Below are positions 1 through 11,559 of a stretch of 64,000 nt of DNA, one piece after another. The notes under the pieces were generated by a model. That model had not been told where the DNA came from. It saw only the letters and a list, made by a program, of their open reading frames with translations, and searched no databases. The translations under genes and the position numbers were made by a program. The first letter of the stretch is position 1. Every line of letters starts with the position of its first letter. The DNA lies in NCBI GenBank assembly GCA_011109175.1, contig RDEW01000070.1, forward strand, positions 62,001 to 126,000, given 5' to 3'. The stretch comes from Dicyema japonicum. Its lineage: Eukaryota > Animalia > Dicyemida.

Positions 1-639
1 GACCAAGAATATACTAAGCTATTATTTCATACTGGCAATGCCAATCATGTCTCTCTCTTGAATGAACGACTCTCTTAACTCAACGTTTTCCCTCCGATAA
101 TATTCTTTAGATTATCCAATTCTTATTGAGCTGATCTCGAACCTGACTTATTCTCGAATACCGCTTATTAGGATCGCTTATTAGGATCCCGTGTTTGTTC
201 AGATTATCACTTGTTTTGAAAAATCTATATTCACCGATAACCTTGAAGACAGGATATGCCTACTGTGCTTCGCCTCATGTACACTTAGTATATCCTATAG
301 CGAAGGATAGAGAAATCAATCACATCCGGAGAATAAAAAATCATCAATAAGTTTTCTTTTAAGGGCATTAGAGTTTACATAAATGAACATGAACAACAGA
401 AAAAAGTATATAAGAAAGAATCATTGAAGATGCCAGAGATGCGTCGATTGTGGGGCATAATACTCTCCAAATTGTCAGAAGGTGGAATCTGTTCGCCTAT
501 GAGGATTCTCTTGATAGAACTGTATCCTGGAAACATCAGAAGAGAGTCAAAAGTTTCTCTTCAAATGAACCGACCCCCCCCCCAAGCGAACAAAGTATCC
601 ACCATTCCATAGGACAAACGCCTAGTTTATTTGCATCTG

Positions 640-935
640 TAGCGGACATAATAAGGGAATACTTTCCTTCGTTCTAAGCAGCAGGAGGAGTTGATGGACT
701 TCGTCCCGAATATTTCAAGGACCTCATTTATAATAAAACAGGTAGCTCTGGCAACCGACTTGTCTCAACAATCACCAAACTAATGAACAGAATGCTCTCC
801 TGGAAAATGCCAGAAACAATTCGCTACATCGTGTCCTCTGCCAAATAACTTTTGGTTAGAAGGAGGAGTCCAACCCATTCTGGTAGGTTCTGTTTTCAGT
901 CGCTTAGCGTCAAAACTACCGGGCAGGACAGTTCT
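640..935 (+). mobile_element. Decayed CRE-like non-LTR retroelement, N-terminal part of RT
   Basis: Translates to AAGGVDGLRPEYFKDL...GVQPILVGSVFSRLASK, matching GGIDGLRPGHIKDL...GGVRPIAVGNYFRRLTAK at 51257-51625; contains stops. Confidence 0.75.
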
Positions 936-1116
936 CCCCGTCCTTTTCGAACACCTGATGAAGGTTGTGAAGAGATAATTCATGTTGTGTGGACGTTTGC
1001 ATGTAATCCTGTAGAATTGCTAGTCTTACTCAGTGATCGAAAGTGATGGATAATTTTTTAGAGGTCGTATTATATGTCGCCCATATAAAATTATGTTTTG
1101 TTGGACGCTAAAAATA

Positions 1117-1322
1117 TCTATATACTAAAAAACTAGTTTTTCTGTCTGTCCAGAAAAGTTGACCAGTTTAGCACTTTGATCTATATAATAAAATACTAAA
1201 TTGACAGCGAACACAACACATTCTAATAACTAAAAAACAAATAACCTTTTTCCACTAAAATTAATAAGCGAAGTGAACTGGGCAGCATAATATTTCCTCA
1301 GGAGCTGGCGGCTGTCAGCTAG
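1117..1322 (+). mobile_element. Possible non-autonomous Helitron-like remnant
   Basis: Two A|TCTATATA starts (1117, 1180), the first followed by (CTGT)2, and a short hairpin before CTAG at 1319-1322. The base after CTAG is C, not the expected T. Confidence 0.25.
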
Positions 1323-1810
1323 CGAACAGCACAGCCACCTCTTATAAATATAATGAATTTTTTTAACACAAAAATTAAGTAAAGTTAAACTTTGAGAGAC
1401 AGTCTAAATACAATAGGTAATGAAATAATAAGCTGAACTATTCCATTGACTCTTTCATCACTCACTCAACTCTTAGGCAGATTCCTTAGAAAGAAAGCCT
1501 TTTATTTCTTAACCATATTCTACCTTAGTGGTATCAATTGTTTTCTGGTCCTTATTCAACTTTGTTTCGAACCTTATACGGAGGGAAAACTTTATAGTGA
1601 ATAGCCTGAATTTTACATAAAAGATAATTATAAGCATTACAGTAATTTAGTTAAATATTTTGTAAAATTACTGGTAAAATTACTTTTTTTTTAATGAGAA
1701 TTAAAATCACAATTATATTAGTTCAAAGATGAAAACGAATTTAATTAAAAAAATAAATAAATAAATATTTAATTTTATTAAATTAAATTTAATAAATTCT
1801 TAATATAAAT

Positions 1811-2532
1811 ATGAATCATTTAATAGGTCAGGTCATATTTAATTTCTTTTTAGTTCTTTTCATCAGCTTAATCGTCTTAGAAGAGGATGTGATTACTTGG
1901 GAAATAAAAAACTCTTGGAATTATACTATAGCATTGATTGAGGGTCATATATTTTTAAAACATTATTCAAATGGAACTGTAAGCAAAATTTTATTTTTAG
2001 GTTGTAATTCATAAATTCGACAGAAGTACTACGCTTGAAATGATAGCTATCAATATTACAAGTAACTCAAAAGTGAGTCAATTTTATGTCCATGGTATTT
2101 TGACCATGGGAAAGATTGAACTTATATTAAAATTTTTGGTTAAAGCTCTTACATACACAATAGAAGAAATTATAGTTATAATAAACTTTAGTAAGTATTT
2201 TAGGTTTAATTTAGATGTAATCCTATCTCGAAAGTTTAACATCACTCAGTTCTTTGACAATTCTTGTGAAACTGATGAAGTAGAGTTGATTAATAAAGGC
2301 TTTTATCTCAAACTGGAATATATAAAAGTTCAACTTTTAAGATATGATGGGTTGAATATGCCAAGTTAACTTTAACTAATCTTAGAGCTTAATTGTGACT
2401 GGACACCTATGCCCGAAGATGTTAGTGATGAGAGAAGCTAAATCTTTATAACTACTAACAGTTTCGTTCCTTCATACTAATAAATGGGTTGGGAGAATTC
2501 TAGTTTAGTTGATGTGAAGTCTCGTTGAGACT
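1811..2532 (+). CDS. Signal-peptide protein with predicted LAMP-like luminal domain, family copy 1; 3' end unresolved
   Basis: Removing GT-AG introns 1827-1853, 1979-2000, 2191-2214 and 2365-2385 joins ORFs 1811 and 2040 into one frame: MNHLIVLFISLIVL...SCETDEVELINKGFYLKLEYIKVQLLRYDGLNMPKLNCD. The C-x35-C spacing and KVQ motif resemble the LAMP C-terminal half. Confidence 0.65.
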
Positions 2533-3239
2533 AAATTTAAGTTTTTTTCTAAATTAGCTGATTATTTTCTTAGGATAAATCCTTTTTTACCTAAACCAAG
2601 TAAATTATCATAATTAAGTAAAATTTCAATCCAATTTGTTGGTAATCACTCTTCTCTAAATGAGCTGAATTATATTTAATATTATATTTAATAGAGTGTA
2701 AAGCTCGATTATTGAAATTTTGATAATTAGTTCAATCCTATTAGAAATTGTGAATACGATCCTGGGATGACTTCAAATTCGTTCTACTTGCAAAAATATT
2801 GATAACTTAATATTTCTTGGGTTAGGTTTTGTTAATTTATGTTAAAACGATTTGTTTCAAGTCATTAGAGAACTAACTACATATTTAATCTATAAAAAAT
2901 AGGTCATGTGAATTCTCTATCTAAAAACTATCTCATTTAAATTATTACTTATTAAAATTACCAGTAAATTTGCTGAGATTTATCAGTTTCTCCATTCTTG
3001 TCGTGCGTCTTATCCTTGGTAATCTACCAAAGCGTCGGACAGTGTATTTGATCTATGCTGCTAATTCAAATTGGTATAGGCACTCTCAGAGCAACAGTAT
3101 AATGCCTTGGCATATATCTTTTCAATATTCGGCTTAAGATAAAGTAACTTTCCTGTCTGGGTGGTGACATTTATGAACTTGCAAATGATAATTTTTATTT
3201 AGGAAAATATGTTACCAAAATAAAACTCGACAAAAAAGA

Positions 3240-4105
3240 CTGAGTTCATTTGCCAACATTCGCCTAGGAACTTAGAAAGTGATAAAATCACTGATGGATT
3301 ATTCTAGAAAAAATCGAAAAAAATTGAAGCAGATCGTTAATTAATTGGCTTAAATTTTTTTCAGTATTCTTGGGTTTATTAAATAATTAACTGGATATTG
3401 GAAGCAGTCGATGGAAGCAGATCACTACCCTGCTGAACTACTTGCTTACTTGATATAGCAAGAAGGAAAAAAGGATAAGATTTTAATTCTGAGAGCAATA
3501 ATTTGAGAATTTAGTGAAAACTAGGTCATGTACAAAATTCCGAATTTTTTTATGATAGCCACAGCCAAAAATCTCTTAAAGACGTAAAAGTCTCTTACTG
3601 TATAAGGAAGATCAAACACATCTCCCATATGACGCAACGATGAAGAAGTATGTTAATACTTTCTTTGAACACGGTGGACTTGAATGAGATTTCATGACAG
3701 TGTGTGTTCGGAAAATACAATTGGAGTCTAACTCTTCATTAGGAATATGAATAATAGTTAGGGAAGATAACATTTTGTCCTTTTCGAGTTTATGTGGCTC
3801 TGGATCTTTAAAATCTCTGTATTCTCTATCCACTTGACAGGAAAGATGACCTTATTGTCTTCAAAACATCCTAGTTTGTTTAAATCCGTTATACTGTCTT
3901 ACTAGTCCCCACTCGTTTAGATTTTTTAGTTCTAACTTTTCGCACCAGTGGAGCTTGAATGACCAGGCTGTTTACTCAGAGAATATCTATCGAGATACGC
4001 CTTCGAAGCCATCCAGTCTCAAGTGGATCCTTGATGACCCTTTTGATCATTGACCCGATCCGACGAACTAGATCATCCTCTAGTGAGTTTAGGATTCCTT
4101 ACGTC
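3240..4105 (-). repeat. Dispersed ~860-bp repeat ending in a CRE-like REL endonuclease C-terminus; second copy at 24466-25330
   Basis: Collinear match to 24466-25330; minus strand encodes WLRRRISIDIL-like C-terminus, followed by ~700 bp of shared sequence with no recognisable product. Confidence 0.8.
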
Positions 4106-4204
4106 TCAAAGGCATTTTGAAAAAGCTTCGGGAAGAAAAAAGTGCTCGAAGATGATTTCTGTGAAAAGAATTTAACTTTTCGAGTTCCTGCCTGTACATG
4201 CACA

Positions 4205-6038
4205 TTATTATTATTATTAGCACTTTCACGAGAGCCATAATATTTATAGCCCCGCATGTGAAGCAAAAATATATTAGTTAGGTTGCTCCAAGCTCTTCTG
4301 TTCTTTGCTAGGTCCCTCAGTGAGTCCAAATCGTCACCAGATGCCAATGTTTTCCTCACGGCTTTCAGATCGTTTTGTAGAACGACCGGGAGGGTAGTTC
4401 TCGGTCTTCCACGAAAGCGTTTTACATTGGAGGAGTAGTAATCTTCCATTGCGATGTTCGGAGGGGATATCGGGTCCAACCTCAGGACGTGTCCATAAAG
4501 TCTCCAACGAGAGCTAATGATCTCGTGGCTTAATGGTTTACAGTCACACTTATTGAACAGTCCATTCCGCGAGATCTTGGATGGCCAGGACATTCCAGTT
4601 ATGTTTCTTAGATGATTCCTGTGAAATGAGTCTAGCCTCTCCAATTCCTCTTTAGAGGTGGCCCAGGTCCCAGAGTTGTATAGTAGAATTGGTTTGATGA
4701 AAGTGTCGTATAACATAATCCTTTGTTTTATGTTATATCCTTTCCGTTTTAGCCAAAGATTTTTAAACCTTTGTAATACCGCATTTGCCAATGTTTTTCT
4801 CCGTATGATGTCTTCGCTATCTCCTAGTAGTGAGCCAAGTTTCTTTATGTGTCTCCATTTTTCTTCGAGTGAGTTTTTCATTCTTCTTGTCTCTGTCCGT
4901 TCTGTTTTTTCCCTGTTCACGGTGAGAAACCATTTCTCAAGTATATCTGGTGCTCTTTCTAGTACATGTTCCAGGAGTTTTGTTAGATAGAAGGATTTGA
5001 ATCATTCTTAGACTCGATTCGTCAATAAACCCTTCCAGCACTGTCATCAATTTTTTCCTGTTAACTGAGTCAAAGGCATTTGATAGATCTATTCCCAGAA
5101 TGTGGATGGCATTGCAATATCTTTGATGTGTTGCACATCTCCATTTGTGACTCCAGACTGCATCAGCTGTTGATCTTCCTTCTCTGAACCCACTTTGACT
5201 TTCGGGTAGGTATTCATAGGCGGGTCCTTTTATTTGTTCCAATACAATGTTAACTAAGACTTTCCGTAGAGAATTTGATAATATAATAGGTCGTAAGATT
5301 TCAACCGGTCCTTTGGGTTTATTGGGTTTTTGTATAGGTATTAGTAATCCCGTTCCCAGGGCCAAGGTTGAGTTAGTTGAAAACATTTCATTTAGTAGTG
5401 TAGCGATTTTTTCAAAAAGGGGGTCAGGCCCGTATTTCAGTAATTCTAGATTTATCGTATCTGGTCCAGGGCTTCTGTTATTTTTTAGTTTTTGACATGC
5501 TGTTTTTACTTCCAAAATTGAAATTGGTTCTTTTAAAGGTCTAGGCTTTCCTTTGAATGGGGGGATTGCTGTAGCCACATTAAAAAGTTTCTCAAAATGT
5601 GTTGCAATTACCTCCGCTTGCTCGTCAGTATTCAGTAATGTCTTGCCATTTTTGTCTTTGATGATTATTCGTTCCTTCAGGTTTTAGTGGCGTAGTAAAC
5701 GAGCGGCCATATACATTTGTGAGTTATCCTTTAGTTTGGATACTTCATTGATTTTGCGAAGAAGTTCTTCTTGGTGAAGTGTCTTGTTCAGTTTCCTGAT
5801 TTTTCTACGGATTTGGTCCCTCAACTCCTGAAGGACTTTTCTCATGTTATAGTCTTTTTCGATTAGTTTTTTTTGTATGGATTTCCTTTAACTCCTTTGC
5901 TAATTCCTTTACTAGTTCTGTATGTGTCGTCAGACCCTTACTGGCCATCTCCCGCGTGCCGAGGTACTGGCCTGCTGCATCGTTTATTATATACTTCGTG
6001 TGATCCCACGAAATTCCTACTGTTTGGTCCTTCAGATA
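4205..6038 (-). mobile_element. 5'-truncated RTE LINE with 22-bp TSD and (AAT)n tail; RT motifs 4-5 deleted
   Basis: ORFs 4937-5578 (RT0-3) and 4099-4920 (RT6-7 plus C-terminus). TSD agttcctgcctgtacatgcaca at 4183-4204 and 6039-6060. No QGD or YADD motif at the ~4985 junction. Confidence 0.93.
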
Positions 6039-6563
6039 AGTTCCTGCCTGTACATGCACACGTACTGGCATTATATAATAGGATTGGCCTCACTAGGGAA
6101 TTGTATAGCCTCATTCGAGATTTAGGGTCAAGCCTTTTGTGCAGAAGCCAGGTCCTCTTCATTTCGTTGTAAGCGACCGTAGTTAGAGTCTTTTTTTGTG
6201 TTATATCTTTGGTGTCACCGAGAAGGGATCCTAGTTTTTTTGATCTACGCCAGTGATCATTGGTCCTTTCCTCGCTTCTCCACTTCATCCGCATATGCAT
6301 TATGCTCGTTCCTTATCCGATATGAGGCTTCAAGTCTCGTAGAGCTGCCTCCAGATAAATAATAAACAAATTCGGGGATAATTGATCTCTTTGAGGGGTA
6401 CCAATTGTCACTTCAAATGTACTCGATAAAGCTTTCCCAGTCCTGACCATAAACTTTATTTGTCAAGAGTGTCTTGACCATACTAATCCTTGAGCCTTCC
6501 AAGAAATGCTCTGATATTTATAGCAACTTGTTCCTGTTGACGGAATTAAAGGCCATTGACATG

Positions 6564-7017
6564 AAAACGGACGAACAAAACCTTGACTCCTTTCACAGAA
6601 GGCAACTTCGGTCTCTCTTGGGACTAAAGTGGCCAATGCGTGTAGGGAGTGAAAATTTATATAGAAGATGCGGTTCCGGACCTCTGAGCACCATGATCAT
6701 GAAGGCTCGCTGGAGATTGTTTGGCCATATTCTCAGATTGGGACAAGACATGTCAGCAAACATCTTCATGGAAGAATACTTCGATACGTCAGGGGAGAAG
6801 TTCAGAGGTCGTCCAAGAATAACTCTTCTGGAAGTCCTTAATGGTGACCTGAGATCAGTAACCAGACTACTAAAGGACGGTGAAGACCTTAGTACTCTGC
6901 GGCACTTGGCATCGGACAGGAGGGGATGGGAAAGGCTAATTAAGAGGATTGTTCAGACGCGGCACGAATAGAATTATAGTTTATATGATTCTATGTAGTT
7001 GCTTATAATAATAATAA
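6564..7017 (+). mobile_element. RTE 3' fragment inserted antisense into the old RTE, 7-bp TSD
   Basis: LDSFHRRQLR..RWRLFGHILR..RGRPRITL; (TAA)n tail; tgacatg at 6557-6563 and 7018-7024. Confidence 0.88.
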
Positions 7018-7239
7018 TGACATGTAAATCCCCAGAATGCTTGTTGTTATTTTAATTTTTTGAACAGTCGCAATTTTCCATTTGTGGCTCCGTACATCTG
7101 ACGTTGATCTCCCATTGCGGAAGACACTTTGATAAACCTTGCAATAATCACAACGTCATCTGGTAAGTAATTATTTCATAGAATTTTTCCAGGATAGAAA
7201 CGATTTTATATTATTTATTTAATTTTTAAAAAAATATGC

Positions 7240-7935
7240 AAGTAATGATTTTAGCTTACTTGGCCTGTAGACACTTCAAAGTGAATTATTCGGTAGTTGC
7301 TTGGTAAGGTGGAAAGGTTGGGTTTGCCCGCTAATATGTAAGTTTGCTAAAGCTGGAGGATCACATGACATTACTTTGTTCTAATGAAAGAGAATAGGAA
7401 CTGAGAAAAGTAAGGGACAAATACCAGAAAGACCCAAGTTCATAATTCCATTAGTTGGAAGGTTCCAGGCATCTAAGATGCTTCTGAGTTGATTAGTGAA
7501 GCCTTCACCAAGGTTTCAGTAGAATCGGATAGTACTGCGGAATCGGATTGAATTATAAGACTCACACACAAGAAATAGAAGAGAGATAAGTCAAGAACGT
7601 TTATATGTCTTAGAATAATTCCCTTGGATTAGTTTATCTTCTATAATAAAGTGTGAGTTATTCCTATACAGGGGTTTATTAAAGAAAATGTTACTACTCC
7701 TTTGCTGCAGGACTGTTGTGTGTTGCATGGATGATGTCCACATTTTAAGTGTGCGATTTAACTTTGACGGACTTCAAAGCAGCAGTTCTAAAGTCCTGAA
7801 TTGCATTATTTTGTTTTCGAAGGCCATATTTATTGAATGACCTCAAACGTACAATCTATGTAAACCTTGCATAAATTTCCAAAGAAGGAACTCAGGGAAA
7901 AACGTCTAATGTGCCAAAAAAATACTTCCTCCAAT
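7240..7935 (-). mobile_element. Penelope-like RT relic carrying an old SINE-A copy; paralog at 29240-30050
   Basis: Collinear with 29240-29935. Degenerate SPLS..FMQ, VDII and QPFHLTKQLPNNSL*SVYRP motifs resemble Penelope RT4-7. 7420-7690 resembles the SINE at 28885-29202. Confidence 0.55.
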
Positions 7936-8289
7936 ACTCTATTAATTTTAGTAGGTAAAATGTAAATCTTTTAGATATATAGCTTTTTATACTTTAATTT
8001 GAGCATTTTTTGATAAATTAAATTTTATTTAAGAAAAAAAAGAGAATAACTGGTCACATAGAGGCTGCCCTGACTGCATGGTAATTCCCTCTGGTGAGCG
8101 AGATTCAATTAGCCAGTAGCGCTCAAGAGGGTCTCCTGTCCTTTTGTTGGTTTATGTCCCTTATAGACAATCCGGTTCCGCAGTGAGATGTTCAATGTAA
8201 GTTTATTAGATTTCCCTCTGACAACTTTAATCCTTGGAGACTACACCAGTATCTTATCTCCTCCATATAAACACTGAACCACATAATAG

Positions 8290-8610
8290 CTGGTTGCGCC
8301 ATGGTGCTTCGTGGCTAATTGGTTGAAGTTTCTGTTTTTTCGTCTGTTCCTCCTCTCTCTTCCTATTAGAGTGCCGTCATGTGATCCATCTGTCTAGGTG
8401 GCGCCTAGTGATAGGAGGCACGAAAAAGGATCATTTCTCTCTCCACTCCACTAGAGGCGTTTCCACAACTGCAAATAAGGATGTTTTTTACCTTTTATGC
8501 TGATTCCGGATGGACATTTTTCTGTAGAATGGAAACTGGATACACTTAATTAGTTGTTTACTTTAACTACGTTATCGGTGTATCCTGGGTAAATATATAA
8601 TAATAATAAT
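8290..8610 (+). mobile_element. SINE-like interspersed repeat, family B (~300 bp)
   Basis: Matches 33678-33990, 34670-34860 and 44550-44845; shared core ctaggtggcgcc..ggatcattt..ccacaactgca..ggaaactggatacacttaattag. Confidence 0.8.
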
Positions 8611-8668
8611 TGACCACATGAAATAACATGAAAAATAAAATGACGAATTTATTATTAATTAAATTAAT

Positions 8669-9535
8669 TTATTCAGAAGTTAATGATTTATTTGAGTTAA
8701 ATAATCTCGCTTTTTTCTTATTCAAAAAAATAATGATAGCAAAAATGGCAATCCCAATTAGCAAACAAGTAAGTATAAAAATCAAGATAGCTCGAAGATT
8801 CAACAAAGTTTTATGTGGAATAATCGAATGAGACGTACTCGAGACAGTTGTTTGCAGTTTAGTCGATTTGTCTTCGATAATGGTCTTAGTATGTGGAGAA
8901 CTGGGTAATTTTTACCTATTTTATATTATAAAAAAATACGCTTCCTGATAAAATCCATAATTGTGCCGTTGCAAAAAAATTGTGCTTTCAATTTGGTAAA
9001 TTCAACATAAGTTTTGTGCTGGAAATAAATCCTTTGTTTGTCACGACTATAGTAATTTCCAATTTCAGAAGTCATATTAACACTCTGTGTGTACAAAACA
9101 ATAATTCCTAAAAGAAACTCTAAAGCGCTACCCTTGCTAGATTCAAATTGTATACTCAATTGAAATATTTGGAATGTATTTCCGACTAAATTGACATCAA
9201 TATAGAGAGAATAATTGCCACTCTTCAAATAGCAGACACACAGATTATTCGAATAGTCCAATAACTGTAAAGTAGCCTCGTTAAACTGGAATGTAACAAG
9301 CTACTACTATATATGTATGGTTACTTTATTGTTTCGCCAAAATGATAAAGTAATTATGCCGCTAAGAACTGCAAAAACTTTATGGTCGATCTGCAAAATC
9401 CACATTGGCACAGGAGAATTGTGAATTTGCATTGTATCTATCCTTATTTCTGTAATTTCCCTTATAGATATGACTATAATTAAAGATGGGGCTAAAATTA
9501 AGTGTCATCAATTAACCTAAAAACTGTAGCATCAT
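8669..9535 (-). CDS. Type-I membrane protein: signal peptide, LAMP-like domain, S/T-rich stalk, TM helix, short basic tail; one frameshift near 8900
   Basis: Four tiny introns at the same positions and phases as copy 1. Contains TSEIGNYYSRDKQRIYFQHKTYVEFTKLKAQFF and ends AILIFILTCLLIGIAIFAIIIFLNKKKARLFNSNKSLTSE*. Confidence 0.65.
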
Positions 9536-9814
9536 TTATTCAAACAATGTGGAATAAACTATTTTAAATAAAAGTTATTAATTTGATTTATAAAATCTTT
9601 ATTTTAATAAATTAAAATATCGTTATTTAAAAAAATGAAACAAAATGAATATTTTTGGGAATATGGGGATCAATCAGTACATTGGGAAAAATAAACTCCT
9701 ACTACAGAAATCAGCTACTGTCGCTGACGAAAATCAGGATTCTAAAAAAGTTTTGTAAAAAAGGGATTACGGGATATGGAATTCACATTTGATCGATTTG
9801 AATGTCAAAACAGA

Positions 9815-10020
9815 GAGATGGAAGTTATTTTGACATATCTTAAGAATGAACTAAGCAGTTCCGACAAAAAAATGCTATGGAAGTTCCTTCCAGATCTGTT
9901 CTGAATATTACAGACGTCCTCGCTACTCTCTCCCTATTGCAATTCCGAAGATCTTGGGACTGTAAAAAAAACTCAAAAATGCAGACGACCTAGATGTTCT
10001 TCGAAAAATCGCCTTCTGAA
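9815..10020 (+). mobile_element. RTE 3' fragment; similar copy at 17480-17700
   Basis: RWKLF*HILRM..RPRYSL..DLDVLRKIA; near-collinear with 17480-17700. Confidence 0.7.
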
Positions 10021-11559
10021 AAAGAGAATGAGGCATATAACTTTGATGATTATCTACGTTTTTGAAAAGCCACGATGAGATAACTTTCTTTTAGTTGCGT
10101 TTTCCAAAATAATAATAATTTTTTACAGATAGTCCTTCAAAGATCCCCGCTATCCACGAATTTTCAAAAAAAGAGATATCACCCTTGTATGCAGTGTGAT
10201 ACTATCTCTCAAGTCCATAGAGGAGCAATGGAATGATCGTACGCGAAAAAACAATTAAAAATATTTCAGTTTCGAGTTTTCTCATACATGAGATCGCATG
10301 GTGTGCTATATTCCTTCTTAGCTTAAAAACGTATAACGTACTCCAGTTTTCTTAAGAGCTGTTCCAAGAGTCTTCAGAGATTTTACAGTATTGATTTTTC
10401 ATAAATAGGTTTGTTGACAATCTTACTCACTTCGTCAAAATTGCATTAATTTTCTTTCTAACAACTTTAATATTTGGAGACTGCACCAGTCTCTCCTCAA
10501 ATTTGCATTTAGTCTCTTCTTTAATCATACTCGATCTCGACTTCTCAGACACTAGTAATTTGTCTGCTTATATAAGAGATCTTGTACTTTGTGATCTCGG
10601 AGACTGTAAACCGGCCATCAGTACGTTGAAGAATAGAGGGTTTTAAATGGATCCCGGCGTAGGATAAACGGAACGTTTTCTGAGTCATGAGTCAGTAAGG
10701 ACGAAAACCATTTATAAGGTTTGGTGGCAAGAAATCTCCTTTACAGTTATTCTTGAGAATCTTCAATGCACCGAAATAAGAGTAATTGTCTGTAGGACGA
10801 AGGGAGAGGAAGCTTTATTGCTGACCCGATACAATTCAGCAGAGTTAGTGAGTTACTCCCAATGATCCCAAAGGTTCCCAATTAAAACTGTCAAAATTCA
10901 AGATTTCTTTTTTTCAAAAGTCACTCACTGTATGTTATTCTCATTGGTTGGCCCAAGATATAGTCCCAGATCACCTGTCACGTGCTTTTCTAACACTAAG
11001 AAACTGTATTTGAACAATGAATAAATAATAATTTAAATAATAAAAACTTACTATTTTTGCAAAACAGCTTATAGAAAAATACATTGTTTGATATGCAGCC
11101 ATTTATCACTCTACCGAAAGAATACAACCTAAAAAGGCATAGCAATTAATCATCGATCATACAATTATTTCGAAGGTATAAAGCTGCTTATTAACCAAGA
11201 AGGTCCAATGCGTGTTTCAACGCTTAATGAATTGCGAAAAAATTTGATTGTGTTACAGACCCATTCATAAGAAAAATCATAATTACTGCATCAGTTTCTG
11301 CAATCTATGAAATCAGCAGAATTCTTGCAATGACTGGAAAATAATTTTGCGATGGTGATTTGATCAAGCAATGGAATGTAAAAAAACAAAAATTATTTGT
11401 CCATATAATAATCGGAATGTAAAAAAACAAAAATTATTTAGAGATATTTTATTAACTAGAAATACTGTTGCCGAACACATTAATAAAATGTCTGAATTTG
11501 AACCACCAATTAAAGTCTCAATTGTTAGAATTCTACAATTTTTCAATAGATGAAGCAGT

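Larger units (their letters stand above)
4140..7125 (-). mobile_element. Old RTE-clade LINE relic split by two younger RTE insertions
   Basis: Segments 7125-7018, 6563-6039 and 4182-4140 read through as QSVFRNGRST..ILGIYMS|MAFNSVNRNKL..GTPQRDQLSP..AYADE..KKLGSLLGD..LYNASTCACT|EKLNSFHRNHLRAL. Confidence 0.85.

Noticed and set aside
4099-4204. Extended C-terminus of the RTE ORF (NNNNVHVQAG...)
   Set aside because: Read-through across the (AAT)n tail and TSD into the host element; not a real domain.
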